Below, in pieces: positions 56,522 to 64,000 of a stretch of DNA of 64,000 nt. The stretch spans positions 7,831 to 71,830 of the forward strand of contig CAZBPV010000003.1 of the NCBI GenBank assembly GCA_964493885.1, in the 5' to 3' direction. The notes below the pieces were generated by a model, which was not told the origin of the DNA, ran no database searches, and saw nothing but the letters and a program-made list of their open reading frames with translations. The position numbers and the translations under genes are program-made. Numbering within the stretch: the stretch's first letter is position 1; each line of letters opens with the position of its first letter. The DNA comes from Candidatus Woesearchaeota archaeon. GTDB lineage: Archaea; Nanobdellota; Nanobdellia; Pacearchaeales; GW2011-AR1.

Positions 56522-57397
56522 ATGAAAATTCTGATAATTTTGAAAAGGTGGATTGGAGGGGTTGGCGGAGGAGTAAAGAATATTTCTAAGGAATTAAGAA
56601 AACTGGGGCATGATGTGGATATTATTGCAAGAGAAGAAGACCTTGGATTGAATAGTCTTAAAGATTCCATTTTAAAGTTAAGAAAAGAAATTAAGAAAAG
56701 AATGAAAGAAAAGAACTATGACATTATCTACACTCAGGATTGGAGTATTGCATTTCCATTAATTTTCCCGTATCCAATCTATTGGAAAAAACATTTCTGC
56801 ATGTTTCATGGCAAGCCCCAGGGAAAGACTAGGGCAGTTTCTTATATTATTGGAAAACTTCTTGGAAGAAAAATGTTGGTAATGACTCCTGAACTAAAAA
56901 GAATGTTCCCAAAAGCTAATCTTAATTATTGCGGGGTTAGTTTAGAACAATTTAAGCCCCTAAAGGAAAAGAGAGAGTATTTTGGATGGATAGAAAAAGG
57001 AACTGAAACAATAACCAAGGAGAAGATAGAAGAAATCAGCAAAAAATTAAAACTTCCTTTATTAATTGCAAAAGGGTTTACACATGAAGAAATGAATTCA
57101 AAGTTTTATAGCAAATGCAAGATATTCTTAAGCCTGCCTCCTTCTTGTGCAGGATTCCAGGCTTCATGGTTAGAAGCAATGGCTGCAGGAGTTCCAATAG
57201 TAATCGGGAATAATAATGGAGCCGGAGAAATCCAGCCATTTGATAAAATACCTTTAGGAAAGGAAAATGATGCTGATTTTATAGTTAATTTTATTAAAAA
57301 TGCAAAAAAGAAAGATTATATTGCATGGATAAAAGAGCATGATTTTTCCTGGAACAGGCATGCAAAAAGATTAATTGAGATATTTAGAAGAAAATGA
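56522..57397 (+). CDS. Small GT-B glycosyltransferase
   Basis: WLEAMAAGVPIV motif. Confidence 0.5.
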   Translation: MKILIILKRWIGGVGGGVKNISKELRKLGHDVDIIAREEDLGLNSLKDSILKLRKEIKKRMKEKNYDIIYTQDWSIAFPLIFPYPIYWKKHFCMFHGKPQGKTRAVSYIIGKLLGRKMLVMTPELKRMFPKANLNYCGVSLEQFKPLKEKREYFGWIEKGTETITKEKIEEISKKLKLPLLIAKGFTHEEMNSKFYSKCKIFLSLPPSCAGFQASWLEAMAAGVPIVIGNNNGAGEIQPFDKIPLGKENDADFIVNFIKNAKKKDYIAWIKEHDFSWNRHAKRLIEIFRRK

Positions 57398-57990
57398 TAA
57401 AAAAATTTAATCAGTATCTAAAAGAACATTTTGGGATAGGCATATTTATAGAAGATTTAACCAGACCTTCTACAAAATTCGTAAAAGAGCGATGGAGAGA
57501 GAGAGAGATGGATGTTATTGAGATAGGAACGTATAAGGGATTAAATGCAGTTAATTTATTAAAAAACCTTAGAATAAGAAATCTTTATTTAATTGACCCT
57601 TGGGAAAACTATTCAGAGTATAATGAATTTAAAGACCAATCTAAACCTGAGAATAAGCTTAACAAAATCTACCCCCAAGCTATGAAAAGAATAAAAAAGG
57701 CAACAAAAAGCTCAAAAGTTAAAATAATAAAAAAATATTCTGAAAATGCATTAAATGACGTGGGTAATGCAGATTTTATTTATATTGATGGTAATCATGA
57801 TTATGAATATGTAAAAAAAGATATAGAATTATATTACTCTAAATTAAATAATCAAGGCGTATTGGGAGGGCATGATATTAATTTTATAGGTGTACTCGAG
57901 GCAGTTACAGAATTTGTAAGAAAAAATAATTTAAAACTTTTTGTAACGGCTCCTGATTGGTGGATTGTTAAGGGATTAAAAAAGAATTAA
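57394..57990 (+). CDS. Class I SAM-dependent O-methyltransferase (Methyltransf_24/TylF-like)
   Basis: IEIGTYKG and FIYIDGNHDYEYV motifs. Confidence 0.6.
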   Translation: MIKKFNQYLKEHFGIGIFIEDLTRPSTKFVKERWREREMDVIEIGTYKGLNAVNLLKNLRIRNLYLIDPWENYSEYNEFKDQSKPENKLNKIYPQAMKRIKKATKSSKVKIIKKYSENALNDVGNADFIYIDGNHDYEYVKKDIELYYSKLNNQGVLGGHDINFIGVLEAVTEFVRKNNLKLFVTAPDWWIVKGLKKN

Positions 57991-57996
57991 GAATTC

Positions 57997-58872
57997 TTAT
58001 TTTCTATAACTATCGGCTGCTTTTTCAAATTCCTCAAGAGTATATTGAGTCATTGGATGAGAGACAGATTCTCCTAAAATTACTTCATTACTCTTAAAAC
58101 TTCTTTTAGTTTGTTTTAAATTTAGAATGTTATCTAACCCTTTTACTATTTTTGTGGGAATTGTAATTATCTGTGGTTCTGCCTGAACAATTCTATAAAT
58201 ATCACTAGGTTCTCTTATACTCCCAACAATTAATTCAGAATTTGGGTTATTATCAAGTAATTGAGCAACCTTTGCTATATCTTCTAAAGTTTTTCTCCAA
58301 GCAACTTCAAGATTTGTTTTTCGTGATTCGGCGACTAACTTTTTCCAATCTGGATTTCTTTGTATCCCTGTTAATGAATGTCCCGCTAATTCTAATAAAT
58401 AACTATCTAACATTCTATTAGCAAATAAACTAACATAACCAATTCCATGCTTAGAAGCCTCTAGTGCTTGATAAGGAGTCATACACGCAGTTATATTTGT
58501 CTTAATTCCTCTTTTAGCCAAATCCTCTGCTGCTAAAAGTCCTCCTTGACAAATTGGAATCTTTATTATGACATTTTTACCCCAACTGCTAAGAGTTTCT
58601 GCTTGCTGCAATAAAACATCCCTAACTTTTTCTGGTTCAACAACTCCATCAAAAGTTCTTACATCAATTCCTCTTAAATCTGTTTCAAGACTAACTGGAA
58701 CATCGGGGTATTTTTCAAGAATTGTTTTGCAAGCGCCTTCAAAACCAAGAGATAAATCTCCTGTTGTTTCCATTATTTTTGGGTTAGTAGTTATTCCATC
58801 ATCAACTCCTTGGGAAAAGCAATAAGCTATTTCTTCAAGATTTGCTGTATCTGCAAATAATTTTATTGCCAT
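57997..58872 (-). CDS. tal: Transaldolase-family protein
   Basis: FADTANLEEI...GITTNP N-terminus and central block IKIPICQGGLLAAEDLAKRGIKTNITACMT. Its GC content is higher than the surroundings. Confidence 0.7.
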   Translation of the reverse strand: MAIKLFADTANLEEIAYCFSQGVDDGITTNPKIMETTGDLSLGFEGACKTILEKYPDVPVSLETDLRGIDVRTFDGVVEPEKVRDVLLQQAETLSSWGKNVIIKIPICQGGLLAAEDLAKRGIKTNITACMTPYQALEASKHGIGYVSLFANRMLDSYLLELAGHSLTGIQRNPDWKKLVAESRKTNLEVAWRKTLEDIAKVAQLLDNNPNSELIVGSIREPSDIYRIVQAEPQIITIPTKIVKGLDNILNLKQTKRSFKSNEVILGESVSHPMTQYTLEEFEKAADSYRK

Positions 58873-59492
58873 TGTTTTACTCCCTTATTATATTCATTGA
58901 CTAATTCTCTTAGTCTATCAACTATTAAATGCTGCAAAACTCCATGAAATCCTTCTGTGTGTGGAGTTGAATCTTTAGGAACAACAATGCAAACATCTGC
59001 CCTTTCTTTCATTTTTCCTCCATCAAAACCAGCTAAACCAAGAATTTTTGCATTTCTTTTTTTTGCAAGATTCATTGCCTCAACAAGATTTCCACTCCAA
59101 CCGCTTCCGCCATGAACTGAAATTAATAAAATAACATCGCCTTCTTCAAGGAAAGTGTTTAACAATCCACTATAAGCTTTGTCCCACCCAGAATCATTTA
59201 TCCAGGCAGTTAAGACTGAAGGGTTGTCATTTAAGCACACAGCTTTTAATCCTCGAGTAGAACTTATTTCTTTCATTGAGCTGTCATTTGCAATGGTTTT
59301 CATTAAATCTGCTGCAAAATGTGATGCTGTTCCTGCACTTCCACCATTGCCCATTGTAATTACTTTTTTTCCTTTTTTCCAAGTTTCAAATAAAATATTT
59401 ATGAATTTGTCTATGTCATTTCTATTGATGTCCCGAACAATATCGCTTGTTTCGCTCATGTATTTGTCAATATATCTTTTATTATCTTCCAT
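58863..59492 (-). CDS. gmhA: D-sedoheptulose-7-phosphate isomerase (SIS domain, GmhA)
   Basis: GNGGSAGTASHFAADL motif. Start chosen at MEDNK; the track ORF starts at 59522. Confidence 0.8.
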   Translation of the reverse strand: MEDNKRYIDKYMSETSDIVRDINRNDIDKFINILFETWKKGKKVITMGNGGSAGTASHFAADLMKTIANDSSMKEISSTRGLKAVCLNDNPSVLTAWINDSGWDKAYSGLLNTFLEEGDVILLISVHGGSGWSGNLVEAMNLAKKRNAKILGLAGFDGGKMKERADVCIVVPKDSTPHTEGFHGVLQHLIVDRLRELVNEYNKGVKQWQ

Positions 59493-60468
59493 GATATACC
59501 ACCTTGCATCCTTCCTTGTCAAATCTAAAGGGCATTTCCTTTAATCCAAGTTTAGCCATGGCATTTCTTAATTGTGGCTTGTGGTTGTCACAATAAAACA
59601 TTAAAAATCCTCCGCCTCCTGCTCCTACAATCTTCCCGCCCAAAGCTCCATTTTGAAGTCCAATTTCATAAGCCTTGTCAATATCATTAGAAGACATTTT
59701 TTTAGAGAAACTTTTTTTTGCTTCCCAATGAACATTCAGCCATTTTCCGACTTTAGCTGCTTCTCCGTTTTCAAGAGCTTTTTTAATTTCTTCTCCAATT
59801 TCCTTAATTAAATGCATTTGTTTCATTTTTTCAGAATCTGATTCTGCATTCTTTTTTTGTTCACTAAGAATTTCTCCTGTTTCACGTTTTATTCCTGTAC
59901 TAAACAAAAGCAGATTATTTTCAAGCTCTTCTATTGTAGAAAAAGATGCGTCTATTGGACTTACAACTACATTCCCTTTTTTATCAATATCCAGATGAAT
60001 TACATCCCCGAAAGCAGCAAGATATTGGTCTTGTTTTCCAATTGGTTCTCTAAGAACATTTATTTCTATATCTGCAGCTTCTTCAGCTAGTTTTTTAGCA
60101 GAAACATCCTCTCTTTTATAGATATGCAATGCCTTAAGCAAAGCAACAAGAAAAGTGCTTGAAGAACCTAATCCAGTTCCAGCAGGAACATCGGCTATTG
60201 AAGTTATTTCAAGAGGGTCATTAATATTAAGATATTTTAAAGCTGCCTTGATTCTTGTATGTTCAATATCATCAACTTTTTTTGCAAATTCTGTTTTAGA
60301 GTATCTGATAAAGAAATCATCATAGAAATCTCTTTTCTCAACGATTATATAAATATATTTATCAATTGCAGCTGAAACTAAGGAGCCTCCAAATTTAGAA
60401 GAATAAAAAGGCAAGTCAGTTCCTCCTCCTCCAAGAGAAATTCTTAATGGTGCTCTAACAACAATCAT
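59482..60468 (-). CDS. hddA: GHMP kinase, D-glycero-alpha-D-manno-heptose-7-phosphate kinase (HddA-like)
   Basis: RAPLRISLGGGGTDLPFY N-terminus and GHMP motif GLGSSS. Confidence 0.8.
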   Translation of the reverse strand: MIVVRAPLRISLGGGGTDLPFYSSKFGGSLVSAAIDKYIYIIVEKRDFYDDFFIRYSKTEFAKKVDDIEHTRIKAALKYLNINDPLEITSIADVPAGTGLGSSSTFLVALLKALHIYKREDVSAKKLAEEAADIEINVLREPIGKQDQYLAAFGDVIHLDIDKKGNVVVSPIDASFSTIEELENNLLLFSTGIKRETGEILSEQKKNAESDSEKMKQMHLIKEIGEEIKKALENGEAAKVGKWLNVHWEAKKSFSKKMSSNDIDKAYEIGLQNGALGGKIVGAGGGGFLMFYCDNHKPQLRNAMAKLGLKEMPFRFDKEGCKVVYHGR

Positions 60469-60631
60469 TTTTAATCCTCAAACTTAATAAAAAAGGTTGC
60501 TTTATAAAGTTTATTGCGAAATGTTTATAAATATTCTAAAGGATACATTAAAAGGGGGGAAATGTGTTCTTATTTGATCGTTCTTCTTTGAGTATGATAA
60601 AACTTAAAAGATATTCATTAATATTATAATC

Positions 60632-61723
60632 ATGAAAAAAATAGGAATAGTTGGGGCAGGGATATTTGGGTTAAGTGCTGGATTAGAGCTTGTTAAAAAA
60701 GGCTATGATATTACTATTTTTGATGAAGCGGAAGAGATTCTTTCAGGAGCATCTACTACTAATCACTTAAGACATCATTATGGTTTTCATTATCCGCGAA
60801 GCAAAGATACTGTATTAGAAGTAACAAAAGCTCGAGAAAGTTTTGAAAGGGAATATGGTGAATCTATAAGTGAATTTTTTCCTGATTATTATGGATGTCA
60901 TATGAAAAGAAGTCAAACAACTCCTAAAAACTTTATAAGGTTTTGTGAAGAAATGAAACTTCCATATGAAATAGAATGGCCAGGTATGAAATATATGGAT
61001 AGAACTGACATTGGTGTCTGTGTAAGGGTTCCTGAAAGAGTTTATGATCCAGAAGAATTAAAAAAATTAATTTATAAAAAATTAAAAGAAACTACAATAA
61101 AACTTAAACTAAATTATAAGATAATTGGTGGAGAGATTTTAAGCAAGAAAAAGAAATTAAAATATGAATCTGAAGGAAGGGTTGGTGAAGAAGAATTTGA
61201 TTTTATAATAAATGCTACTTATTCTAATTTTAATAGTTTCAATAAATGGTTTGGATTTCCAAGGAAAAAATTACAATATGAAAAAATGGAATTACTTGAA
61301 TTAGAAATTCCAAGCCAGAATAAAATAGGTTTAACAATTATGGATGGAGAATTTAGTGCTGTTCTTCCCAGAGGCAATAAAGGAACTTTTACTCTTGGGC
61401 ATGTTAAAGAATCTGTTTTAAAGACTGTAATTTCTGATGATTTAGATGTTAGTGTCATGACAGATGAACAAACAAAATCAAACAGAGAAGGAATCATGAG
61501 AGAAGGAATAAAAGATTTTCCTTTTTTGAAGAATGCAAAAGTGGTAAAATCCTTGTTTGTTACTAGAGTTATAAAGCCAGACGTAGAAGCTACTGATGAA
61601 CGTCCATCTGAAATAACTGATTATGGAAATGGTATGTACTCTATCTTCGGAGGAAAGGTTATTACTTGTGTGGAAATTGCCAAAAAAGTTGCACAAATGA
61701 TTGAAGAGGAATCTAAAAAATGA
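60632..61723 (+). CDS. FAD/NAD(P)-binding oxidoreductase
   Basis: GIVGAGIFGLSAG dinucleotide-binding motif. Confidence 0.55.
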   Translation: MKKIGIVGAGIFGLSAGLELVKKGYDITIFDEAEEILSGASTTNHLRHHYGFHYPRSKDTVLEVTKARESFEREYGESISEFFPDYYGCHMKRSQTTPKNFIRFCEEMKLPYEIEWPGMKYMDRTDIGVCVRVPERVYDPEELKKLIYKKLKETTIKLKLNYKIIGGEILSKKKKLKYESEGRVGEEEFDFIINATYSNFNSFNKWFGFPRKKLQYEKMELLELEIPSQNKIGLTIMDGEFSAVLPRGNKGTFTLGHVKESVLKTVISDDLDVSVMTDEQTKSNREGIMREGIKDFPFLKNAKVVKSLFVTRVIKPDVEATDERPSEITDYGNGMYSIFGGKVITCVEIAKKVAQMIEEESKK

Positions 61724-62307
61724 TAAAAGCATTATTTTTAGATAGAGATGGGATAATAAATAAAATGATTAAGAAACTTGACCCTTTTACTAAAAAGATA
61801 ATTGATGATTCTCCATTTAAAGTTTCTGAATTAAAGATGGTCCCAGAATCAAAAGAGCTTGTGAAAAAAGCAAAAGAAAAGGGGTACAAGGTAATTATAA
61901 TCACTAATCAGCCTTCAATAGTCAAGGGACAATTTTCATTAAAAGATTATGAAGATATCACCACAGAAATATGTAAGTATCTGGAACTAAAAAGAGGGGA
62001 TGTTTTTGAGTGCTTGCATAAGGAGGGGATTACATTGGAATGCAATTGCAGAAAACCAAAACCAGGACTTTTTTTAATGGCGAAAGGAATACATGACATT
62101 GACTTAACAAATTCAATTATGATTGGTGATTCTTGGAAAGACATTAAAGCTGCTAAAGATATTGGGATTGGGAAGACTATTTTTATTAAAAGAAAAGAAT
62201 CAAAAGAACAGGTAGGTAATGCTGATGCTGAAAGGAAAATGAAAGAATTAAATCTTATTCCCACTCATTTTTGTGATAATCTTAAAGAGACTATAACTTT
62301 AATTTAA
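61720..62307 (+). CDS. gmhB: D-glycero-D-manno-heptose-1,7-bisphosphate phosphatase (HAD, GmhB)
   Basis: FLDRDGIIN motif I, CxC...RKPKPG zinc/motif II, GDS motif III. Confidence 0.8.
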   Translation: MIKALFLDRDGIINKMIKKLDPFTKKIIDDSPFKVSELKMVPESKELVKKAKEKGYKVIIITNQPSIVKGQFSLKDYEDITTEICKYLELKRGDVFECLHKEGITLECNCRKPKPGLFLMAKGIHDIDLTNSIMIGDSWKDIKAAKDIGIGKTIFIKRKESKEQVGNADAERKMKELNLIPTHFCDNLKETITLI

Positions 62308-63049
62308 CTTTTCCAGATTCTATCTCTTGTTTTGCTAGATTATATCTAGACAATTGCCCAACTTCTTTAAAATAACAATCACTATAATATGCAAAAAGAT
62401 TTTTTCCTTTTTTTATCAGTTCTGGAAAGATATCCCTTGCAAAATCACTAAAATCTTCTGGAATAAACTCTAAAACTTCTGGATTTAATATATATATTCC
62501 TGAGTTGGTTAATTTTCTATTATCTGGTATATTCTTTAAAAATTCTATTTGTTTTTTATTAGGATTTTCAATAATATTGGTAATTCTATTTTCAGCATCA
62601 AAAACAACAGCTCCAGGGGTAGTTTTTTCATCTGCCATTTCTTGCTTATGTAAAAATAAGGTAGCAAGGGCTTTCTTTTCTTTATGGAATTTAATCATTT
62701 TGTCCAAGTTTACATCTGTGATATTGTCTCCATAGAGCACAATAAAGGGCTCAGAAGAATCAAGGAAATCTCTAAAATTATTTAATGCGCCAGCAGCCCC
62801 AAGCAGTTCTTGTTCAAAAGAGTATCTTATATCCACTCCAAATTTACTTCCATCTCCAAAATACTCTTTTATTTTTTCAGGCAGATAAGAAGTATTAATC
62901 GCAATATCCCTTATTCCATATTTTTTGCATAATAAGATTAAATATTCAAGCAAAGGTTTTCCGTTAATTGGAATCATTGGCTTAGGGATATTGCTTGTCA
63001 ATGGTTTAAGCCTTTCTCCTTTTCCAGCACATAAAATAATTGCTTTCAT
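62291..63049 (-). CDS. hddC: D-glycero-alpha-D-manno-heptose-1-phosphate guanylyltransferase-like nucleotidyltransferase (HddC-like)
   Basis: MKAIILCAGKGERLKPLT...PKPMIPINGKPLLEY closely parallels HddC. Confidence 0.7.
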   Translation of the reverse strand: MKAIILCAGKGERLKPLTSNIPKPMIPINGKPLLEYLILLCKKYGIRDIAINTSYLPEKIKEYFGDGSKFGVDIRYSFEQELLGAAGALNNFRDFLDSSEPFIVLYGDNITDVNLDKMIKFHKEKKALATLFLHKQEMADEKTTPGAVVFDAENRITNIIENPNKKQIEFLKNIPDNRKLTNSGIYILNPEVLEFIPEDFSDFARDIFPELIKKGKNLFAYYSDCYFKEVGQLSRYNLAKQEIESGKVKLKL

Positions 63050-63071
63050 ATAATAATCTAAAAAGGGGTGT

Positions 63072-64000
63072 TTAAAGTTTTTTCCTATAAATCATCAAAC
63101 CAAACAAATAGAAATATCTGCTGATTAGTGTTGCTATTGCTACTCCTACAACTGCCATGAAAAAACTATATTGCACAAGCCACGTGATTAAGATGTAGTT
63201 TAATATAATGTTGAGAAGTGTTGAAACTAATAATAATACTGCAATAAGTTTTGTTTTTCCTTGAGATATAAAATAAGATTCATATAACAAGGAGATTGGG
63301 ATGCATAACAACAATATAGCTAAAAGTCTTAAGATGTTTGTTGCTTGCGAGTATTCAATTCCAAATACAATTCTTACTGCTAATCCTGCGAAAATCAATG
63401 TTCCTATTAATGCTAAAGCAGACATGAGAAGCATGAACTTCATTGATTTCTTGAATCCTCTTTCAAGTCTTTTTCCTTTTAATCTGCTGAATATGGGAAA
63501 TAATGCAGGAGCAAAACTGATTATGGGTATTAATCCGCCAATTAAGCTAAATGCTGCCTTATAATAACCAATAAATTCAGGCAAAACATATCTACCTAAC
63601 ATTACTATGTCAATATAACCAAAAAATACCCCTGAAAGTGCTGTTGCTGAAAGAGGAAGAATAAACAACCATAGACTTCTTTTTTCTTGCTTGCTTAAGT
63701 CTTGGGATTTTTCATGAACAAATGGAATTTTATTTCTCATTAAAATAAGTATGTAGATTAAAGAAATAAGATAAGACAATGCAAGTGCTAAAATAATCCA
63801 AAACAAAGTATCTTGTGCAAGTGAAGAGCTTATTGTTAATAAAATTGCAAGGGGGACAAAAATCAGTCTAAGTATCTGAAATAATATTTCCTTATACATT
63901 GGATACTTGAATTTATTACTTGCAAAGAATGTGGCATCTGCAATTGAAATAAATCCAAGAGAAAGGATATACAAAGAACCTGCAACTAAAGCAAGAGAAA
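63072..64000 (-). CDS. Wzx-like (MOP superfamily) oligosaccharide flippase, N-terminus beyond window
   Basis: Polytopic membrane protein. Its frame stays open to the window edge; the track M at 63974 is a TTG inside the ORF. Confidence 0.6.
   Translation of the reverse strand, partial: SLALVAGSLYILSLGFISIADATFFASNKFKYPMYKEILFQILRLIFVPLAILLTISSSLAQDTLFWIILALALSYLISLIYILILMRNKIPFVHEKSQDLSKQEKRSLWLFILPLSATALSGVFFGYIDIVMLGRYVLPEFIGYYKAAFSLIGGLIPIISFAPALFPIFSRLKGKRLERGFKKSMKFMLLMSALALIGTLIFAGLAVRIVFGIEYSQATNILRLLAILLLCIPISLLYESYFISQGKTKLIAVLLLVSTLLNIILNYILITWLVQYSFFMAVVGVAIATLISRYFYLFGLMIYRKKL

Noticed and set aside
63301-63564. 87-aa plus-strand ORF
   Set aside because: Antisense to the flippase gene.

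Overview
Very AT-rich (about 30% GC) archaeal chromosome segment, with DPANN-like small-genome character. The archaeal assignment rests on gene content: Spt5, aIF5A with the hypusine motif, SUI1, S4e/L32e/L19e/L40e/L37Ae, AglB, SepF and prefoldin. The window holds five blocks.

- **(1) 1-5.5 kb, surface/division genes:** a candidate archaeosortase next to a secreted acidic surface protein, plus SepF, prefoldin beta, RpoP and L37Ae.
- **(2) 6-15 kb, split conserved cluster:** the ftsZ-secE | spt5-rpl11 cluster is interrupted by a roughly 6.3 kb accessory island. The island carries an IS6-family transposase with an N-terminal SWIM zinc finger, small RHH and winged-helix proteins, two frame-overlapping unknown ORFs, and an MmeI-like Type IIG restriction-modification enzyme. 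The separately located rpl1-rpl10-rpl12 operon sits at 19.6-21.3 kb.
- **(3) 15-28 kb, housekeeping genes:** FKBP, aIF5A, L40e, site-2 protease, Taw1, a LAGLIDADG-type protein, an XPD-like helicase, AMP phosphorylase and an intron-containing tRNA-Ser.
- **(4) 28.6-42.5 kb, ribosomal supercluster:** the classic archaeal L3...L15-SecY cluster, followed by a DUF106/YidC-like protein and prefoldin alpha.
- **(5) 44-64 kb, N-glycosylation island:** GPT/AglH, AglB, WecB, four methyltransferases, glycosyltransferases, and a complete GDP-D-glycero-D-manno-heptose pathway (transaldolase, GmhA, HddA, GmhB, HddC) ending in a flippase.

Noncoding content: tRNA-Pro, intron-containing tRNA-Ser, three intergenic tandem-repeat loci (two share a 22-bp core), a recurring CCCG-N3-7-CTTAACAC motif at gene 3' ends, and a conserved 13-nt element in the two internal gaps of the ribosomal cluster. 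No CRISPR array and no rRNA were seen. The ORF track reports non-ATG starts as M and omits ORFs under about 60 aa, so SecE, RpoP and L40e were found by hand.
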